Origin: Tubiluchus corallicola
Taxonomy: Eukaryota; Animalia; Priapulida
Reading direction: 5' to 3'
Assembly: GCA_030141605.1 (NCBI GenBank)
Contig: JAQGDQ010000001.1
Location: 2,418,001-2,482,000, forward strand
Length of the DNA stretch: 64,000 bases
The notes below the pieces were generated by a model. It saw nothing but the letters and a program-made list of their open reading frames with translations, had not been told where the DNA came from and did not search any database. Made by a program: the position numbers and the translations under genes. Shown piece by piece: positions 11,723-25,279 of the stretch (within the stretch, counting starts at the first letter, position 1; each line of letters opens with the position of its first letter).

Positions 11723-14700
11723 TGTGAGTTTCTGACTTTGTAACGGTGCATGTTTATATAAACAGTTTGTGTTGCAGAACATGACTTAATGATAAATTTT
11801 AAGTATTCCACATAAAAAATGGTTCCTAGCTATCAATCTACCTAAAAGTTTTTTGGAAAATGAAATAGAATGCACTTCAATTCCGATGGAAAAATTCATT
11901 GTTCTATAAGACCTTACCATAATGATATTTATGGTGCGATGGAAATTAATATGTTACTTAATTTTTATATATTCAGCCTTACTTCTTTAAATGAAAACTG
12001 TGCTTGATTGCTAAATTATTTCTATCTTGTCTAGTTTTAGACAAATAGTTTGGGGTAATTTTTGTTATTTTTATTCTGGAGATTCTTAATAAGTTAAATA
12101 AACACAATTTACTTGCTTCTAATCTAGTAGACCGGAACAGCAGCCCATATCCTGACCAAACAGCAAACTGGGTGGAAATTCAGGTTTCTCATTATAGTAT
12201 ATTTTGATAAAATTGACTGTGTAATGATTTTAGACTGCTGAATACAGCAAATTAATAGATGCAAAGTTGTGCTATGTTGTCCTTAACCCTCGTGAGGATT
12301 GTAGTACAACACGAGTTCTCATTCTTATGTGTTCAACCCAGAGAGTTCCATTATGACCAACCCTCCCTTTATTAGCTTATTCTTAATGATGCATTGTTAA
12401 TGTCTTGCCATTTGTCAGTCTTAGTCAAGACTACTGTGGACCGACATTCCAGTTTTTACAAATTATATTTATGAGTTTCAGTGGGAGCATACATTTGTTT
12501 ATTATATATACTGTTTTGACTCTTTAACATTTTTAGCGTTTTCGCATTTACATCTATGAAACGTTGTACATAATGATAATATAAGGCTGTATATTTTTTG
12601 ACAGTGTTCAAATAGTCAGTCTGTGTGATTGACTTGCTTAGTGTTATTTACATTTTTTGCTAAAGTTGTAAAATGCTAAGAGAGAGATGTGTATTTATAT
12701 ATGTGTAGCCACAGTAACTATACTTTGCAACAGATGTTTATTTTAAATTTGCTATCACACTTTCATCCATATCGGTTAAGGATGTTTGGAAAAATTTTGG
12801 GTCAAAACCTTTGCCTCAACCTGATACAAGAGCTATAATCAATTTTATTAATACTTCCAGTCGTACACGAAAGTTCCTTTTTGCTGGGCTAAGCCATTCT
12901 AATGAAGTTGTCGTAAAAGTTTTGTAAGCATTTCCAATTCAACTCATTCTGAGCAATTGTGACAGCAAATTTAAAATATTTTTCCGGCACACGCCAATTT
13001 TAATTTCCATGTTCATTTCTAGTCTAGATGATCTTGAATTTAGTGTGTTTAGTTTAAAATGTGTTTCAATAATTGTTAGAGCCAAATACAGACAGATGTC
13101 TACAATGATCATATCTACCAACATTGAAATTACTATAGTATACTATAGTAATGTATGTATGTATTTGTAACTTAGATTTTTTTGAAGCATTTTAGAAGCT
13201 AGATTATATAGCTTCCAATAGCACGGGTGTTCAGTACAAATTTTTACTAATACCCAAGTTATTCTCAGTAGTATTGTAGCATACTATCTCGCAAATGTAT
13301 TTGTTTAAAATTTTGTGGCTGTTTTGCATGCTTATTGCTATATAGGTTGTTTAGCCGTTTTTAGTTACAGGTAATAAATAATATTTCCACTTAAATAATA
13401 ATAGTATAAAAAAAAGGTCATAATAAAGTCATCTGACACTGAATATTTTGCTCTTTTGCAGTACATTAATTTTCATAAATTGAATAAAAGCAAACTTTCT
13501 GCAGATGACTTTATTTATAAAAAGTGCAACCGAAATAAATAATCTTGATAAAAAATTTTAAGGTGGTAATGAAAAGTGACAATTTGTCAAGTTGCTTCAA
13601 TTGCTTCTACTAGTTATTAATTTATTGATCATGCCAAAATAGTAAATTTCGATTGTGATATAACATTCTGTGATACACATTTCATTTCGAGATGAAATAG
13701 ATGTTTAATCATGGGATATGTAGTATGCAGTAATAAAATTGCTTAATTTGATATACAAAAATTGTTGCAAATACGTTTTTACTATTATTATTATGCTTAT
13801 CAGGTAAATTAATTGCAGATAGAAAAGCCATAAGTATTGGCGTTACTTCGATGAGAGCTATAAAACTGAGTGTCGATTAACAATTTTGAAGAAACAAACA
13901 GTTTCGTGATTATTACTGTGCCCAGCTTCCAGAATTTAGTCCAAAATTATACCATACAAAAGTGTTACAGTATTGCTGATATTAGTGACATCTGTGCAAG
14001 ATGAGAACCTGTACCTAAAATTGTCAGCTAGTACAAAAAAGAAAAACGAACAACAAAAAACAAAGATGTTTGACCATTTTGATTGAATAGCATTTGCATA
14101 CACACAGATAAGCCAATTCTGTTAACCACATTAGCATTACTCTGTGTACCTTTTTTGTTGTAACTTCTTACATAATCTGTCTAAATATTCTTTTGGGGTT
14201 AAGTGACTCGAACATATTTATTCTTTGCATTTTTTTAATATCTGGTAGTCCTCAACTTTAACACTTTAAATACTCAATTTTGGCTTTGTTCAACACCAAA
14301 ACTTTTATTAGACATCTGCAAGTATCAGCAGGGATATACCCATGTTAAAAAAACACACGGATGCTAATTTATGTCAATAGTACTAATAAAGAAGAATAAG
14401 AAACAAATTGTTATGGGGTACTTGTACCAGCTGATATTTTTTCTTGCTATTAAGAATTTGTAGACTATCAATAGAAACATATTTTCTGGAAATTGATCAA
14501 TGATGAGAAAAACTTCTCAGAACAGTGTTCTCGGATCGGTTTAAAAATTCCGGATTGGTACACTCCTAGCCCCAGACAGAGTAAATATAATGGCCAGCCA
14601 TCATAGAAAGTTCACAAAAGTCCAAAACACTTGTTTGGTGTGGATCTAAAGTATGAATCATGTACTGTCAAAAATCTGCCACATTGGGAATTAATAACCA

Positions 14701-14925
14701 GAACTGGTGTGTAGAAAGTTGTGTATGTAGGGAAGAAACCAGCCTATGAAACAATTTTTTCTAAGTAAAAAAATGTCAAACAGTAGTAAAAATTACAAAG
14801 AAAGCAGTTCAGAGAATGTGATATGTACAACTTGATTAAATTTGACTATAAAGCAGTTGAAAAAATTCAATGTATTGGCACCCTGCTTCTAAGCACTATA
14901 AGGCAGTATTTTGCACGTGCAGATG

Positions 14926-17900
14926 TCAGGAAGACATGTCACTATGAGGCTGTGTTGTTGACGCAACCGTGGTTGTTGCAGGTGTTTGCACAGGAATATA
15001 TCTAGTTGCTAAGCGTTCCACTTCAGTCACTCTGCTTTTTGCATGTTCAAGTCGATGTAGTGCCATCTGGAGCTCCTTTTGTGAAGCGTAGCTTGAACCT
15101 TCATGAGACTGGCCTATTGAAAAGTAAACATAATTTTTCCCATTAGATTTATGCACAACTTTCTACAAATCAGGTGCTGGAACTATTCATGCCAAAAAAC
15201 TGACAATCTCTGTTGTACAGGTAATTACAAAAGGAAAAATGATAGGTTGTGTTTTCACTATATTGTTATAAACAACTTATAATAACTCAAAAATGATGAA
15301 TAGAATATTTTGGAGCATAATACTAATAACAGAAACAAGCAAGACAGTTACAATGATGACTGATAGTTCCTGTGACTTGTGTCCAAATTGTGACAAAAGA
15401 GGCTTGCATAACATCTGTTGTTAATAGGTAAGAAGAACCATTCCTGGTGTGAATGTTCCATTTCAACAAATTGTTGGAAGGTCTACATGCTGCTCACGAG
15501 AGCAAGATTGGATGAATTCAATCAAAATCCATGAGCGTAACATTGTGATCATATTTACACCTGGCTACACCCGGTCAAGGGTGACTGTAGATTATTATCC
15601 CACAGTAAATAAATACTGAGGGAAAACTGAATTTAACCTGAAGGCCAAGGAGCAGTTGAAAGATAATAATAAAAAAACTGACTGATATCTGGTGTCTTTG
15701 ATGGATTGATTGAGGTTACCATTCATTATACGATTTTAAGGTACAAACCCGGCTGTTTACCTTACAGATTCCATGACTATAACCTTCTTCTGTTTGCAAG
15801 TTAACATGAATTAAAACAAATTTTCACACCAGTTTTTTAATCTTACATTAACCGAGCCTCTACCAAAGGTGTTTTCCCTACAAGTTTCATGACTCTAATT
15901 ACCACACTAGAGTTTCAATGTTGTGCATTTTGGCTCCTATCATGGGTCAAACAATCCCAGGTTTTTAAAAACCCAAGTAAATATCTACCCCGCGGATACT
16001 AAATATTTATGAAAAAGGACACTTTCAAGGCCCCTAACCAAGGCCTATCTAATCTGTAAGTTTGTTGACAATGGCATTCTGCATTTGCAAGTTAACATAA
16101 ATTAAAAAGTGTAAAACTGGATGCCTAATATAATGAAATGATGCAGACAAAATCAGAGTATGGGTTCTCCTAGATCCACGATGCTGGCGCTCAAGAACAA
16201 AAAGTCATTATGAGAAAATTCTTTTTAAGCATACTTGGGTTCATGAAATATTAAAACATTTGCAATAGGCCCAGGATAGTTTCAATACCAAATGTTAAGT
16301 TTAAAGTTGATTTGTTGGCTAATTGTAAAGGTACTTGGTTTCAGATAGCCTGAAAAACAAAAAAGTAGGTCTAACATAAAAGATAGAAAACAGCCAAACC
16401 CTGTTATACCACCCCTCATTATAATGCCAGCTTCACAATAATGCCAACTTTTGCCTTGTCCCGATTTCCGTAATATACAGTCAAACCTCGCTATAATGGA
16501 CTTTAAGGGAGCGCTCAAAAAGTCCATTATAACGAGAGTCCATTATACCGAGGGGTACCATATCTGAAGACAGACTACCCTACAATAGATACAATAGGAT
16601 CATAGAAATCAACAGTAAAATGAAATAATGTTTATAATCGAACGTCAAACGACCTTGGCGATGCTTGAAACGCTCCAACCATCCTTGACTGGCCTTGAAA
16701 TCAGTCAAGTTCATCTGCTCGGCAAAGAACTTAGCCTTTTCGAGTAAGATATTCTCTCTGATCGACAGGCCTTTACACCGCATTTGCATGTACCAGATAG
16801 TCATAGCTTTCTCCAGTGGCTCTATATCTGATGTTCGCAATTTCTTCCGTTTGTTTGTGACTTGATTTTTTTCGTAAGCTTCTTTCAGCTTCTCCTTAGA
16901 TGCGAAAATGCTGGATATCGTCTGTTTATTTAGGCCGTATTCTTCACAAATTTTGCTTTGTTTTGCACCAGTCTCGATTTTTTCGATAATCTCGATTTTC
17001 GTGACAAGCTCAATAGCTTTCCTATTCTGCTTGATACCGCTCATTGTGCCGTTTTGGTGGTGAACAAAGGGCAGAAAAATGGCGAAACAATGTTCGTCTC
17101 GTCCATAAACAATACCAACCTCGTTCCCAGCAGGGTTGCCAGTATGGCATTTTCTTCCAGATCCAAAACCGAAATGCTGCACGTGGTTGCCAGAAATAAT
17201 TTTTGTTTCAATGCCATTTCTCCAAGCGCCAAAGCAATCTTGTTCAAGTGCCAAATTACGAAATGTTTCAAGTGCCAAATTTTTATTCCCAAAAAGTGCC
17301 AAATGGGCCAACTTGCCGTGATGAACCTTCCCAGAAAGCTGAAGCTGACCTGGATATTCCCGGAAAATTGATTCTCAGAAGTTTACGCTCCGAAACGACC
17401 AACGCAGCACCTACAGTGTACCAGCATAAACTGCGATCACATGTGGATCCATTATACATGGGTCCATTATAGCGGGGGAGAAAATGCACTGGGGAGCAGA
17501 AAATAAGTCCATTATAGCGAAAAGTCCCTTATACCGAGGGGATAAAAACAAAGAAAAACGATAGCTGAAAAACGGGAACGGAGAAAACGTCCATTATATC
17601 GAGAGGTCCATTAAACCGAGGGTCCATTACAGCGAGGTTTGACTGTATTAAATATAGGAAATATTGCCAACCTCGCTTATCGCCATCTGCCAACAGATCT
17701 GCTGGTCCAAGAGTCCATTTACGTACTAAATCAACCCCGTTATAATATCAGCCAAGATAAAGCACAATAAATTACTACTGAAAAATAGACATAACATTGT
17801 AAAAACAATGATCTCTGATAAGAAAACAATTATGGCGTTTAAATTAAGATGTAGGTTTCGTAGCAAGTAACTGTATGAAAGTGAATGTTGAGGTTTTGAG

Positions 17901-19762
17901 CAAGAAGTAGGCATTTTAAGACTACAAGAGCTGCGTAACTAAGGTTCAGTACTGAACTGATGTGAATTTAATGCTGTTAAAGCTGCTCGACTCAAGGTCA
18001 AGTAATAAGCAGTGTCTAATTATAGTTTGTCTAACTGTCCAGTAATATTACATTGGGAGCGTGGGTGGGCCGTGTCGGTGCACATTTCTATAATTAGTAG
18101 TTTTCTAATTAACCAGTATTTCACAAGATTTCTTCACCACGTTGTGTTACCTAAAAGGTTTGCAAGGTACCACTGTAGAACTATACCTGCATTGTTAATG
18201 CAGCAAAAACGTGAAGTATAATACATGTATTGTTGTAGGTATAATAATACGTTGCTATTTATCACTTATTAAAATTAACTAGGAAACAAAATAGAGGTTA
18301 CACAGTAGAATGGCTTTCATATTAATGAACCTCGCCTTACTGCCAATCCCGCTATAGCGCCATATTTAGCTGTGTCCCCGACCTGGCATTTTTTTTATAA
18401 CGAGGGTTGACTCGAGGTTTGACACGGTAATTAGATATGGTATTTTCTCAGTTCAGAACACCCTATACGAATCCTATCCCCCCAAGCAATGCATGCGATA
18501 ACTAAAACTGGCTATCTAGCTTAAATCTATCACTTCTGCAGGAAGTAGGCATTTACCTGTTGAAACTTGAGTTAAGTATTGAATTTGCCTAGAAAGGCCA
18601 CTGTCAACTGATTCCAAAGCTTTCAGAAAGTTTGATGTATAATTTTCCATTGCTTTCATGCTAGGTTTCTCTTTAGCTAGTTCTGTTAATGCTTGTCCTA
18701 TAAAATGCAAGAATCATATTATTTTTTATATACTCTGCAAGCTAGGAAGCAAGGTCTACCTAAAAATTAAATCAGCTGTTGTTTAATTCTCTTACAAAGC
18801 TATCTAGGTTGATTTAATCAAGATCTTTTTGCTAAACAACTGAGGATTATTGAGCTAAAGCACAGTATCAGATATATAAGAACAGTATCAACAGCTGTAA
18901 ATTGCTGTAAGTCAACAGTTGTAAATTTATATGACATGTTCAGAATAGTCAATAGGATTAAGAAAGGTGCTTAATTTTGTTTGCACAAAATTTTAGTTCA
19001 TCTCCTATATAAAAAGTTTTTGCAGCAAAGCCACTGCAGTAGGGCTTATCCCTTGACGAAACATCTCAGCAGTGTACTGGCAGTGTACATATGTAAAATA
19101 GCTGGATGTCAAACCAGTGAATGACTCAACATTTTTATATATCTAGTAGACAAAATGATCCTTCAACGTGACATGTTAGAAACATGCCATGCTGCATGCC
19201 CGAGAACTTTTTTTACAGCACCAGAAAAGACAGGTTGAAAATTTAATTGTAAATGAATTTAGAACAGGTTGGCAAAGGTAAAGTACACAATAAAAACTTA
19301 CAAATGTATAGTAATTCAAAGCAATTACACTACGAAATTAATTGACGAAAGTTTCTTTTTTGTTCACGTTACCGGTATACCCAATAAACCTGTTGTTGGC
19401 TGTAATGGTGTTTTATTATACTTGTTACGTTTACGGCTTTAAACAGTCTATCATTCCAAAATATATTTTGTGCTTACTGATATTATATCATACTTCTTAC
19501 AAATCAAGAAAACAACATTGCAGAATGAAGATGATAGAAGATGGGAAGCTGATCCTAGAGCCAATTATGCTGTCACTCAACAATTGCAAACTACTCATAG
19601 TCGTATATTTAATCAATAACAGGTTCAGACTAACCAGCCACACAGCTCAATTGAATCAACTGGACAGCAAATAAAAATTTTTTTACCTGAGCTCTGTAGA
19701 AAATTTGCTATTTCTTTTTCGATGTTGTCAAGTTGTTGCAGCCGCTCTGTCGGAGCCCCCAT
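14926..19762 (-). CDS. MED11: Mediator of RNA polymerase II transcription subunit 11, 3 exons
   Basis: Exons 19687-19762 (MGAPTERLQQLDNIEKEIANFLQSS), 18557-18697 (GQALTELAKEK..LSRQIQYLTQVST) and 14926-15113 (GQSHEGSSY..). The YLTQVSTGQxHEGSSY signature spans a phase-1 junction. Confidence 0.93.
15335..16205. mobile_element. Possible Helentron-associated/composite repeat with diverged internal units
   Basis: TTTGCAAGTTAACAT(G/A)AATTAAAA occurs at about 15793 and 16084, plus repeated CATGACT units. Boundaries and class are uncertain. Confidence 0.3.
16478..17645 (-). mobile_element. pogo/Tigger DNA transposon, internally deleted, in MED11 intron 2
   Basis: 24-bp TIRs CAGTCAAACCTCGCT(A/G)TAATGGAC with 1 mismatch, TA on both sides, and many subterminal GTCCATTATA repeats. 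Confidence 0.93.
16580..17044 (-). CDS. Truncated Tigger/CENP-B-type transposase: two HTH DNA-binding domains, no DDE domain
   Basis: MSGIKQNRKAIELVTKIEII..YGLNKQTISSI..LEKAMTIWY..LLEKAKFFA..FKASQGWLERFKHR is the typical pogo/TIGD N-terminus; the frame is open to 16580. Confidence 0.8.
   Translation of the reverse strand: MSGIKQNRKAIELVTKIEIIEKIETGAKQSKICEEYGLNKQTISSIFASKEKLKEAYEKNQVTNKRKKLRTSDIEPLEKAMTIWYMQMRCKGLSIRENILLEKAKFFAEQMNLTDFKASQGWLERFKHRQGRLTFDYKHYFILLLISMILLYLL
17660..18425. mobile_element. Degenerate Tigger-like MITE fragments
   Basis: AACCTCGCTTATCGCC (about 17669), AACCTCGCC..CCCGCTATAGCG and ATAACGAGGGTTGAC/CGAGGTTTGAC (about 18330-18423) resemble the neighbouring TIR family. 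Confidence 0.45.
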
Positions 19763-20671
19763 CTCCGCAGTTTTAAATTCAACAGAAATGCTGCAATACA
19801 TTTAATGTTGTATTAGTACTATATAAAGGATCATGTAAATTACTTAGCAATGCCGCCAACCTGGCCTCTGTCTTATATATGTGCCTTGTCCACAAGAAAA
19901 TATTGCATTCTCAGTCCACACTGAAAATATTTTATGGGCGAGTCAATTTATAGGCATAATAGTTATAAGTATAAAAAAGTAAAAGACTTCAAAATAGGAC
20001 TGTTGCATAATATTTGCATTAGACTTGAAGTCATCAAATTTTACCTTAGTATTTCTCCTGGGTTTTACACACTGCAAATTTGCAAAGTTTGTCTTTTACT
20101 TCTAGCATCTATGGTATATAATATTATAGTGCAAAGAAAAAGAAGCTCAAGAATGTCCATAGTGCAGTGTTTCAAAAAACGCCAGAAATATTTTTATAAA
20201 ATTTGCTAAATTTAGAATTACGACAAGTTAATTTTTCTTTATTACCAGTACTTTGCGAACTTAATAGATCAGCATCGTGGTTAGCTTTGTTAAGCTACAT
20301 TTTCCTATTTACTCATCCCGTCGTGCTTTTGCTTTTTTCCTAGCTATTGAGCTGTTGTTACCTCTGGCTGACCTTACCCTCACTACCCAACCCCCCTTCA
20401 CTGAAATATTTGTGCAAGTCACAGGTACATTATGAACGACGCATCACTTCCTTTACACATGTAAAAAGTGGTTTTTGCGTTAGTTCTTACTGTGGTGTAT
20501 ATGTTAATGTATATCGAGTCTCAAAAGAGTTTAACTACCTTTTGTATGAAGAACTGTCGAAAATACGCTGTTAGACCAACATTTTCTTGCTGTTACAAGT
20601 TATATGTTTGCCCGAGAGTATGAACATGTTTTTGTAAGTAATATTGCATTATATTAATTTCGCTGGTATGT

Positions 20672-21311
20672 TATATATATATATATATAAGATTCGAGGC
20701 TACAGCTCGGACGACGGCACCATTTGCGGCGATCTATACATCAAACGAAAGGTCTGGATCTAGTGTCGTGCCATTGGGCGTTTATTTTTCGAATCGGACA
20801 CACCGGAAGGAATGGGGGCGAAAAACCTCCAAAAATGGCAATGGAGAACGGAAGCGGGCCATGGCTGGTGCTGGCTATGGTTAGATAGCCCATTCAGCGG
20901 TGGGTGTAGTAGGAGTATTTAGAATTCGCGAGAGGTCCCGCAACGGGCGTTTTCCCGGACCCAACTAGCGATTTTTTCGAAATTTTGATCAAACAGGCTG
21001 CAGAAAAGACGTTCTAGCAGCACCTGGTGGGACTCCCAAAAGGCTCCTTAGAAAAAGCAAGAACAGGGCTACACGATAGTGTGGGCTATATATTATACTA
21101 TAAAAATTAGATGTTCTATTTTTGGCAATTTTCGCTTGGAAAATTGCTGACACAAAGCCATTGTTCTGACGTCATCCAATATACTCTGTCTGTAACCTTA
21201 TAACTTTAATTCAGTAAAAGCTTACTGGCTTTGTATTATAAATGAGGACTATGTAGGATGTTCGTGTATTTTTGATTATGAGCGCAAAATTTTTTGCGGG
21301 GCCTTTGCTAG
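20672..21311 (+). mobile_element. Non-autonomous Helitron
   Basis: 3' hairpin CGCAAAA-TT-TTTTGCG (21283-21298) about 10 nt before CTAG|T. The 5' end is a (TA)n run and the body is GC-richer than the flanks. Confidence 0.65.
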
Positions 21312-21403
21312 TATTGCATTATTCTCTTAGTTTCTTGAGAGATTGTTTCGCTCTTTTTGACTTGCATTCCTGAATTTGTGCGTGATAAATCAGTCTAATA
21401 TTT

Positions 21404-21989
21404 ATATGTATGTTTGCATAGTAAAATAGTCCATAAGTCGGCAATTAACATTTTCTAGATACTCACATCCCCGAATCTCCATTTTATGACGATCATTTTG
21501 ATACCAAGCTCATCATTCTATGTTATTTCTAAGCTGAGATAATCCATGTTGAAGTTGAGGTGCAGGCTATGCAGTGAAAAACATAATTTTGAGAAAATCG
21601 CTGTTAAAATCAGCCATTGTTTTTTGTTGCATCTCTACAAAACACTTAGCAACCGTACGAAAGTGTGGTTGCTATGGACTTTACAAGAACACGTTGAAGT
21701 TATCTTTAAATCCAAGAGATGGCTGTTCCTGACGAAGATTTGAGCTTTTACAATTGCAGTACTAGTTTCTGCCAGAAAAGTGGGTACGGGGTTACAAAAT
21801 TCAATTTTTAGTATATTTTGGACATTTTCTTCATAATTTGATGCTAAAATATAAAAGTCCAATATATTTAGCATTTGTTTTTATAAAAAATAAACATTAA
21901 ACAAAAATTTGGCGCATTCACCTTTGAAGCATCATAACGTAGTTTTAACAATGCCGACTTATGGATGGTTTTCGTTTGCAAGCACATAT
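21404..21989. mobile_element. TIR MITE, unclassified
   Basis: Imperfect inverted termini of about 40 bp sharing ATATGT..TTGCA..TCCATAAGTCGGCA. Confidence 0.75.
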
Positions 21990-22539
21990 ATATAACTAAT
22001 TTTGATGTAAACTGTGCCTTAGTTTCATAATTTACTTACTGGCTCTAGTTTTTAATGTACAAACAACATTTTGTTTTAGTATTATCAGCAATTATTGAAT
22101 CTTTTCCATACATATTTAATTAATTTATTGCTGCCCTCATATTACTTTAATTGCTTGTCATCAAGAGTATTATGTTACGGGCAAATTATCGTGCTTTGAC
22201 AACAACTTTGCCCAAATAATAAAATATTTGTGGTGCATTTCTGCATGGCAATTAAGCCAACAATTTAAATTTTCTTGCTGAAAGTTGAACAACATTGTGC
22301 CTTGACTTGCATATTAATGGGTGACTACTTGGATAATACGTGCCAGTTTTTCATTTAAATTTTTTATAGCTTTTTAACTGTTACATATGCCATTTGCTCA
22401 TGTTTCAGATTCACCAGTGTTTTTACTACTACATCCTTTATAACACTAATACAGTGTAATAATACTGTGAAACCAAAGAAGTTTTATAGATAGTTTTCTT
22501 TTCATGAGTTTATTGTTTGCGTTTTATCTTCCTGGTCCA

Positions 22540-22970
22540 TTTTTCTTCCTCGACTTTATCGTACAATAATATATTTAACATTTGGCCATTTTATCTGCAG
22601 TAAAGACATGCATAAACGTCATTCAAACGCATCAATTTCCAGTTGATTATTTGCTTTCAAGGTCCACAATTCTGAATTATACAGAAAATGAAAGATATAT
22701 AAGTGTTGAAGATCCTAAGTTTACAGCTTAAATTAATGTTATTGAAGATATTTTTGTTATTGAAGTATTGAAGTATTGAGAAAGCCGCTAGTGCCAATGT
22801 ATTTTCGTTTTTTGGCACCTTCCTGCCATGGGATAGTCATTAACTGGATCCACAACGTTATGTATACAATTAAGTATTGCAACCATGGGCAAAAAGCTAT
22901 TAGCTTCGCCCTGATCATCGAAGGAAGGTAATTCTTCAGTACTTAACAGACTGCCAAGTATCTGCATTGT
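22540..22970 (-). mobile_element. Non-LTR retrotransposon (RTE/L2-like) RT C-terminal remnant
   Basis: Decayed translation CRYLGSLLSTEE..KLRIFNTYIS..YNSELWTL..IDAF..IKWP. It appears to continue beyond 23735, on the other side of a MITE. Confidence 0.7.
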
Positions 22971-22972
22971 TG

Positions 22973-23730
22973 GGAGCCGAGTAACTTATTAGCCGAAGTA
23001 GGACAATTGGCGTACATGGGCTAGCCCAAGTAGGACGTGTCGCACATGGGCTAGCCCAAATAGGACGCATCGTACATGGGCTGCCCAAGTAGGACACCAG
23101 AGACAGGTCACAAATTGAGTCGTTAAGCGTACTGGCAACGTCCGTTGTGATTGTTTATGTAATAATAATAAATAAAACGTCAATACACGTTGAATAATTT
23201 ATTACACATCAGATAAAGTAAACGAATTTTTTTCTGAGCTAGTATAATTTTGCCAATATTAATCTTCTTTGAAGTAAAATAAGCGCACTTTTTAGGCGAT
23301 TCCAACATTTACTTAAGGTATCTTGCTGCACAGACAGGTGATCCTTTTCACTCCTTCTTGGACAAATAATTGTTTTCTACTAAGTAAACGGGTTAGGGAG
23401 TTATGTGCCCTACATAGCTTCTCTCTTTAAAGCATTAGATACTTAGTTTAATGTTATGATTAATAATTATAAATGGAACTAATAATAATGATGATATTGT
23501 TGTAAAAAATACATTTGTAAATTGTCAAGGACTATCCATCATTATTATAAAGCTACTTTTTTTCTAAAACAAGTTTAGTTTTATGTTTTATTATGTCATA
23601 GATCTCGATTCTTGACAGAAATCGCTAGTGTCCTACTTGGACTGCCCGTGTACGACACTGCTTTTCCGCAAATTAAGCACATGCGTTTTACGGGAAGTCT
23701 CCTACTTCGGCTACTGGGTTACTCGGCGCC
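22973..23730. mobile_element. MITE with TIRs of about 30 bp and subterminal repeats
   Basis: GG(A/C)GCCGAGTAAC....TAGCCGAAGTAGGA at both ends, inverted. CG(T/C)ACATGGGCT(A)GCCCAA(G/A)TAGGAC occurs three times on the left and once inverted at about 23630-23655. Confidence 0.85.
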
Positions 23731-24049
23731 GTACGTGCATTTTTCCTAGGATTCATCGCCTTTGTGTTTAATGTGAAACTCCCCAGTTTTACATTCACTT
23801 ACTTCTAAATTTACTTCTTTAAGCCTTACTGATCCTACTGACGAACCAAGATGGGAAATCTCTCTGTTTCGATTTGTGCTTTTTTGTCAAAGCATACCGG
23901 TCTTTGTTAGTCACATACCACGACAATGTCATTTTAATGGATTTAATGAAATGCACGTTGTTACAATTCTATTGAAGGATGTTAAAGTTACTGTAAACGT
24001 TCAAAACACCCTAGGAAGGACTTGTAAGAATATTTTCTTGTAAGATGTT

Positions 24050-24560
24050 TTAATCAGTCGTGGAAGAAGTGCAAATATATGGGCACTCTTCTAAACACCG
24101 GAGATGATAATAAAAATAGAAACCAGCAAGCAATGCACGTTTTCTTCTACGCAAGAATGTATTAACTAGCAAGAAATTAAGTCTTAACATAATACTTCGA
24201 TTATTTAATGTATTCGTTTCCAGTGTATTTATGTATAACAGTGAAACATGGGGTATAATGGTTATTCAAGAAAAACTGGTTGACACGTTGGCAGATAAGA
24301 TGGCAGTACATAATCAAAAATGAAGATTTATGCACCACAACGAAAAAAATTCCTTGAAGTTCAAAATTCATGTTCTGAAGATTAAGACGGCTAGGGACGC
24401 ATAATAGTAAGATTACCAAGTAAAACACCAGTTAAAAATCGCCGTAAATCAACCGTGAAACCTTGCAAAAAACCACCTGCCAAATAAAAAGAAACAACTT
24501 GGATAGCTAAAATAAATAAAGATGTTCAGCAACTTCAACCAAATCTAGCTTTGGGAGCAG
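24050..24560 (+). mobile_element. Second RTE/L2-like LINE 3' remnant
   Basis: Decayed WKKCKYMGTLLNTGDD..WQYIIKNEDL..RLPSKTP..TW segments. Confidence 0.6.
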
Positions 24561-25279
24561 AAGAACTTGCACTGTTAACTGCAGATGGAACTGGGTTGGA
24601 GGTTCTAATAAATGTTAATGCCTCAATGTCTACAACAGATGGAATGAGACCTTGAAGAAATGGGTTTAATAGTAAAAATTAAAATAATTTTGATAATTTC
24701 TGGCAATCACGCTGTAAGTGGCCTTTGACTGGCAAATTAACCACACCGTTTATAAAAAAATTAGTCCAGAACCCAAGGTTTAATTTAATTTATCATAATA
24801 TTATTATATATAAGTAAAATGTCTATATTTTCAAATACCACAAAAACTTGAACGTTTTTTGGACTTAATTTGCTTATTTAAAGAAGTGTTGGCCTACTTT
24901 AAATGGTACAAGATAGATATTGTTTTGCCTAAAGAAACATTATATGCACACTTAGTTATACATATAAAACTTTTTATAATATACATACTCTTAGTTATTT
25001 ATAAGGTATAATATCAGACACCAAGTTATTTTTGTTATTTTTTACTTACCGCTTAATAGAATATGATATAACCAAGATTATGCCAGCTGTGTTACAATCT
25101 TTATGAAAACCAAAAGGTTAATATCGAAAAAATAAGAAGCTTTTAAAATTATTAAATATTTCATTTTCATGCTTTGTTATAATTATAGCATTAGATTTTT
25201 ATCAGTTTAAACAAGTAGCAAAAGTAATTACTTATGATTTTCATTGAAATTATGAACTTGACTCAGAGGTAGTGTTTAC

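Noticed and set aside
16958-17489. Overlapping ORFs of 61-137 aa and the N-terminal extension of the 243-aa ORF
   Set aside because: These are antisense or alternative frames across transposon subterminal sequence; the recognisable protein starts at 17044.
23003-23100. Regularly spaced repeats of about 30 bp resembling a CRISPR array
   Set aside because: No unique spacers or cas genes, eukaryotic context; they are MITE subterminal repeats.
23836-23880. CTGACGA..GAAA hammerhead-like string
   Set aside because: Stem II closing pair is mismatched and stem I cannot form.
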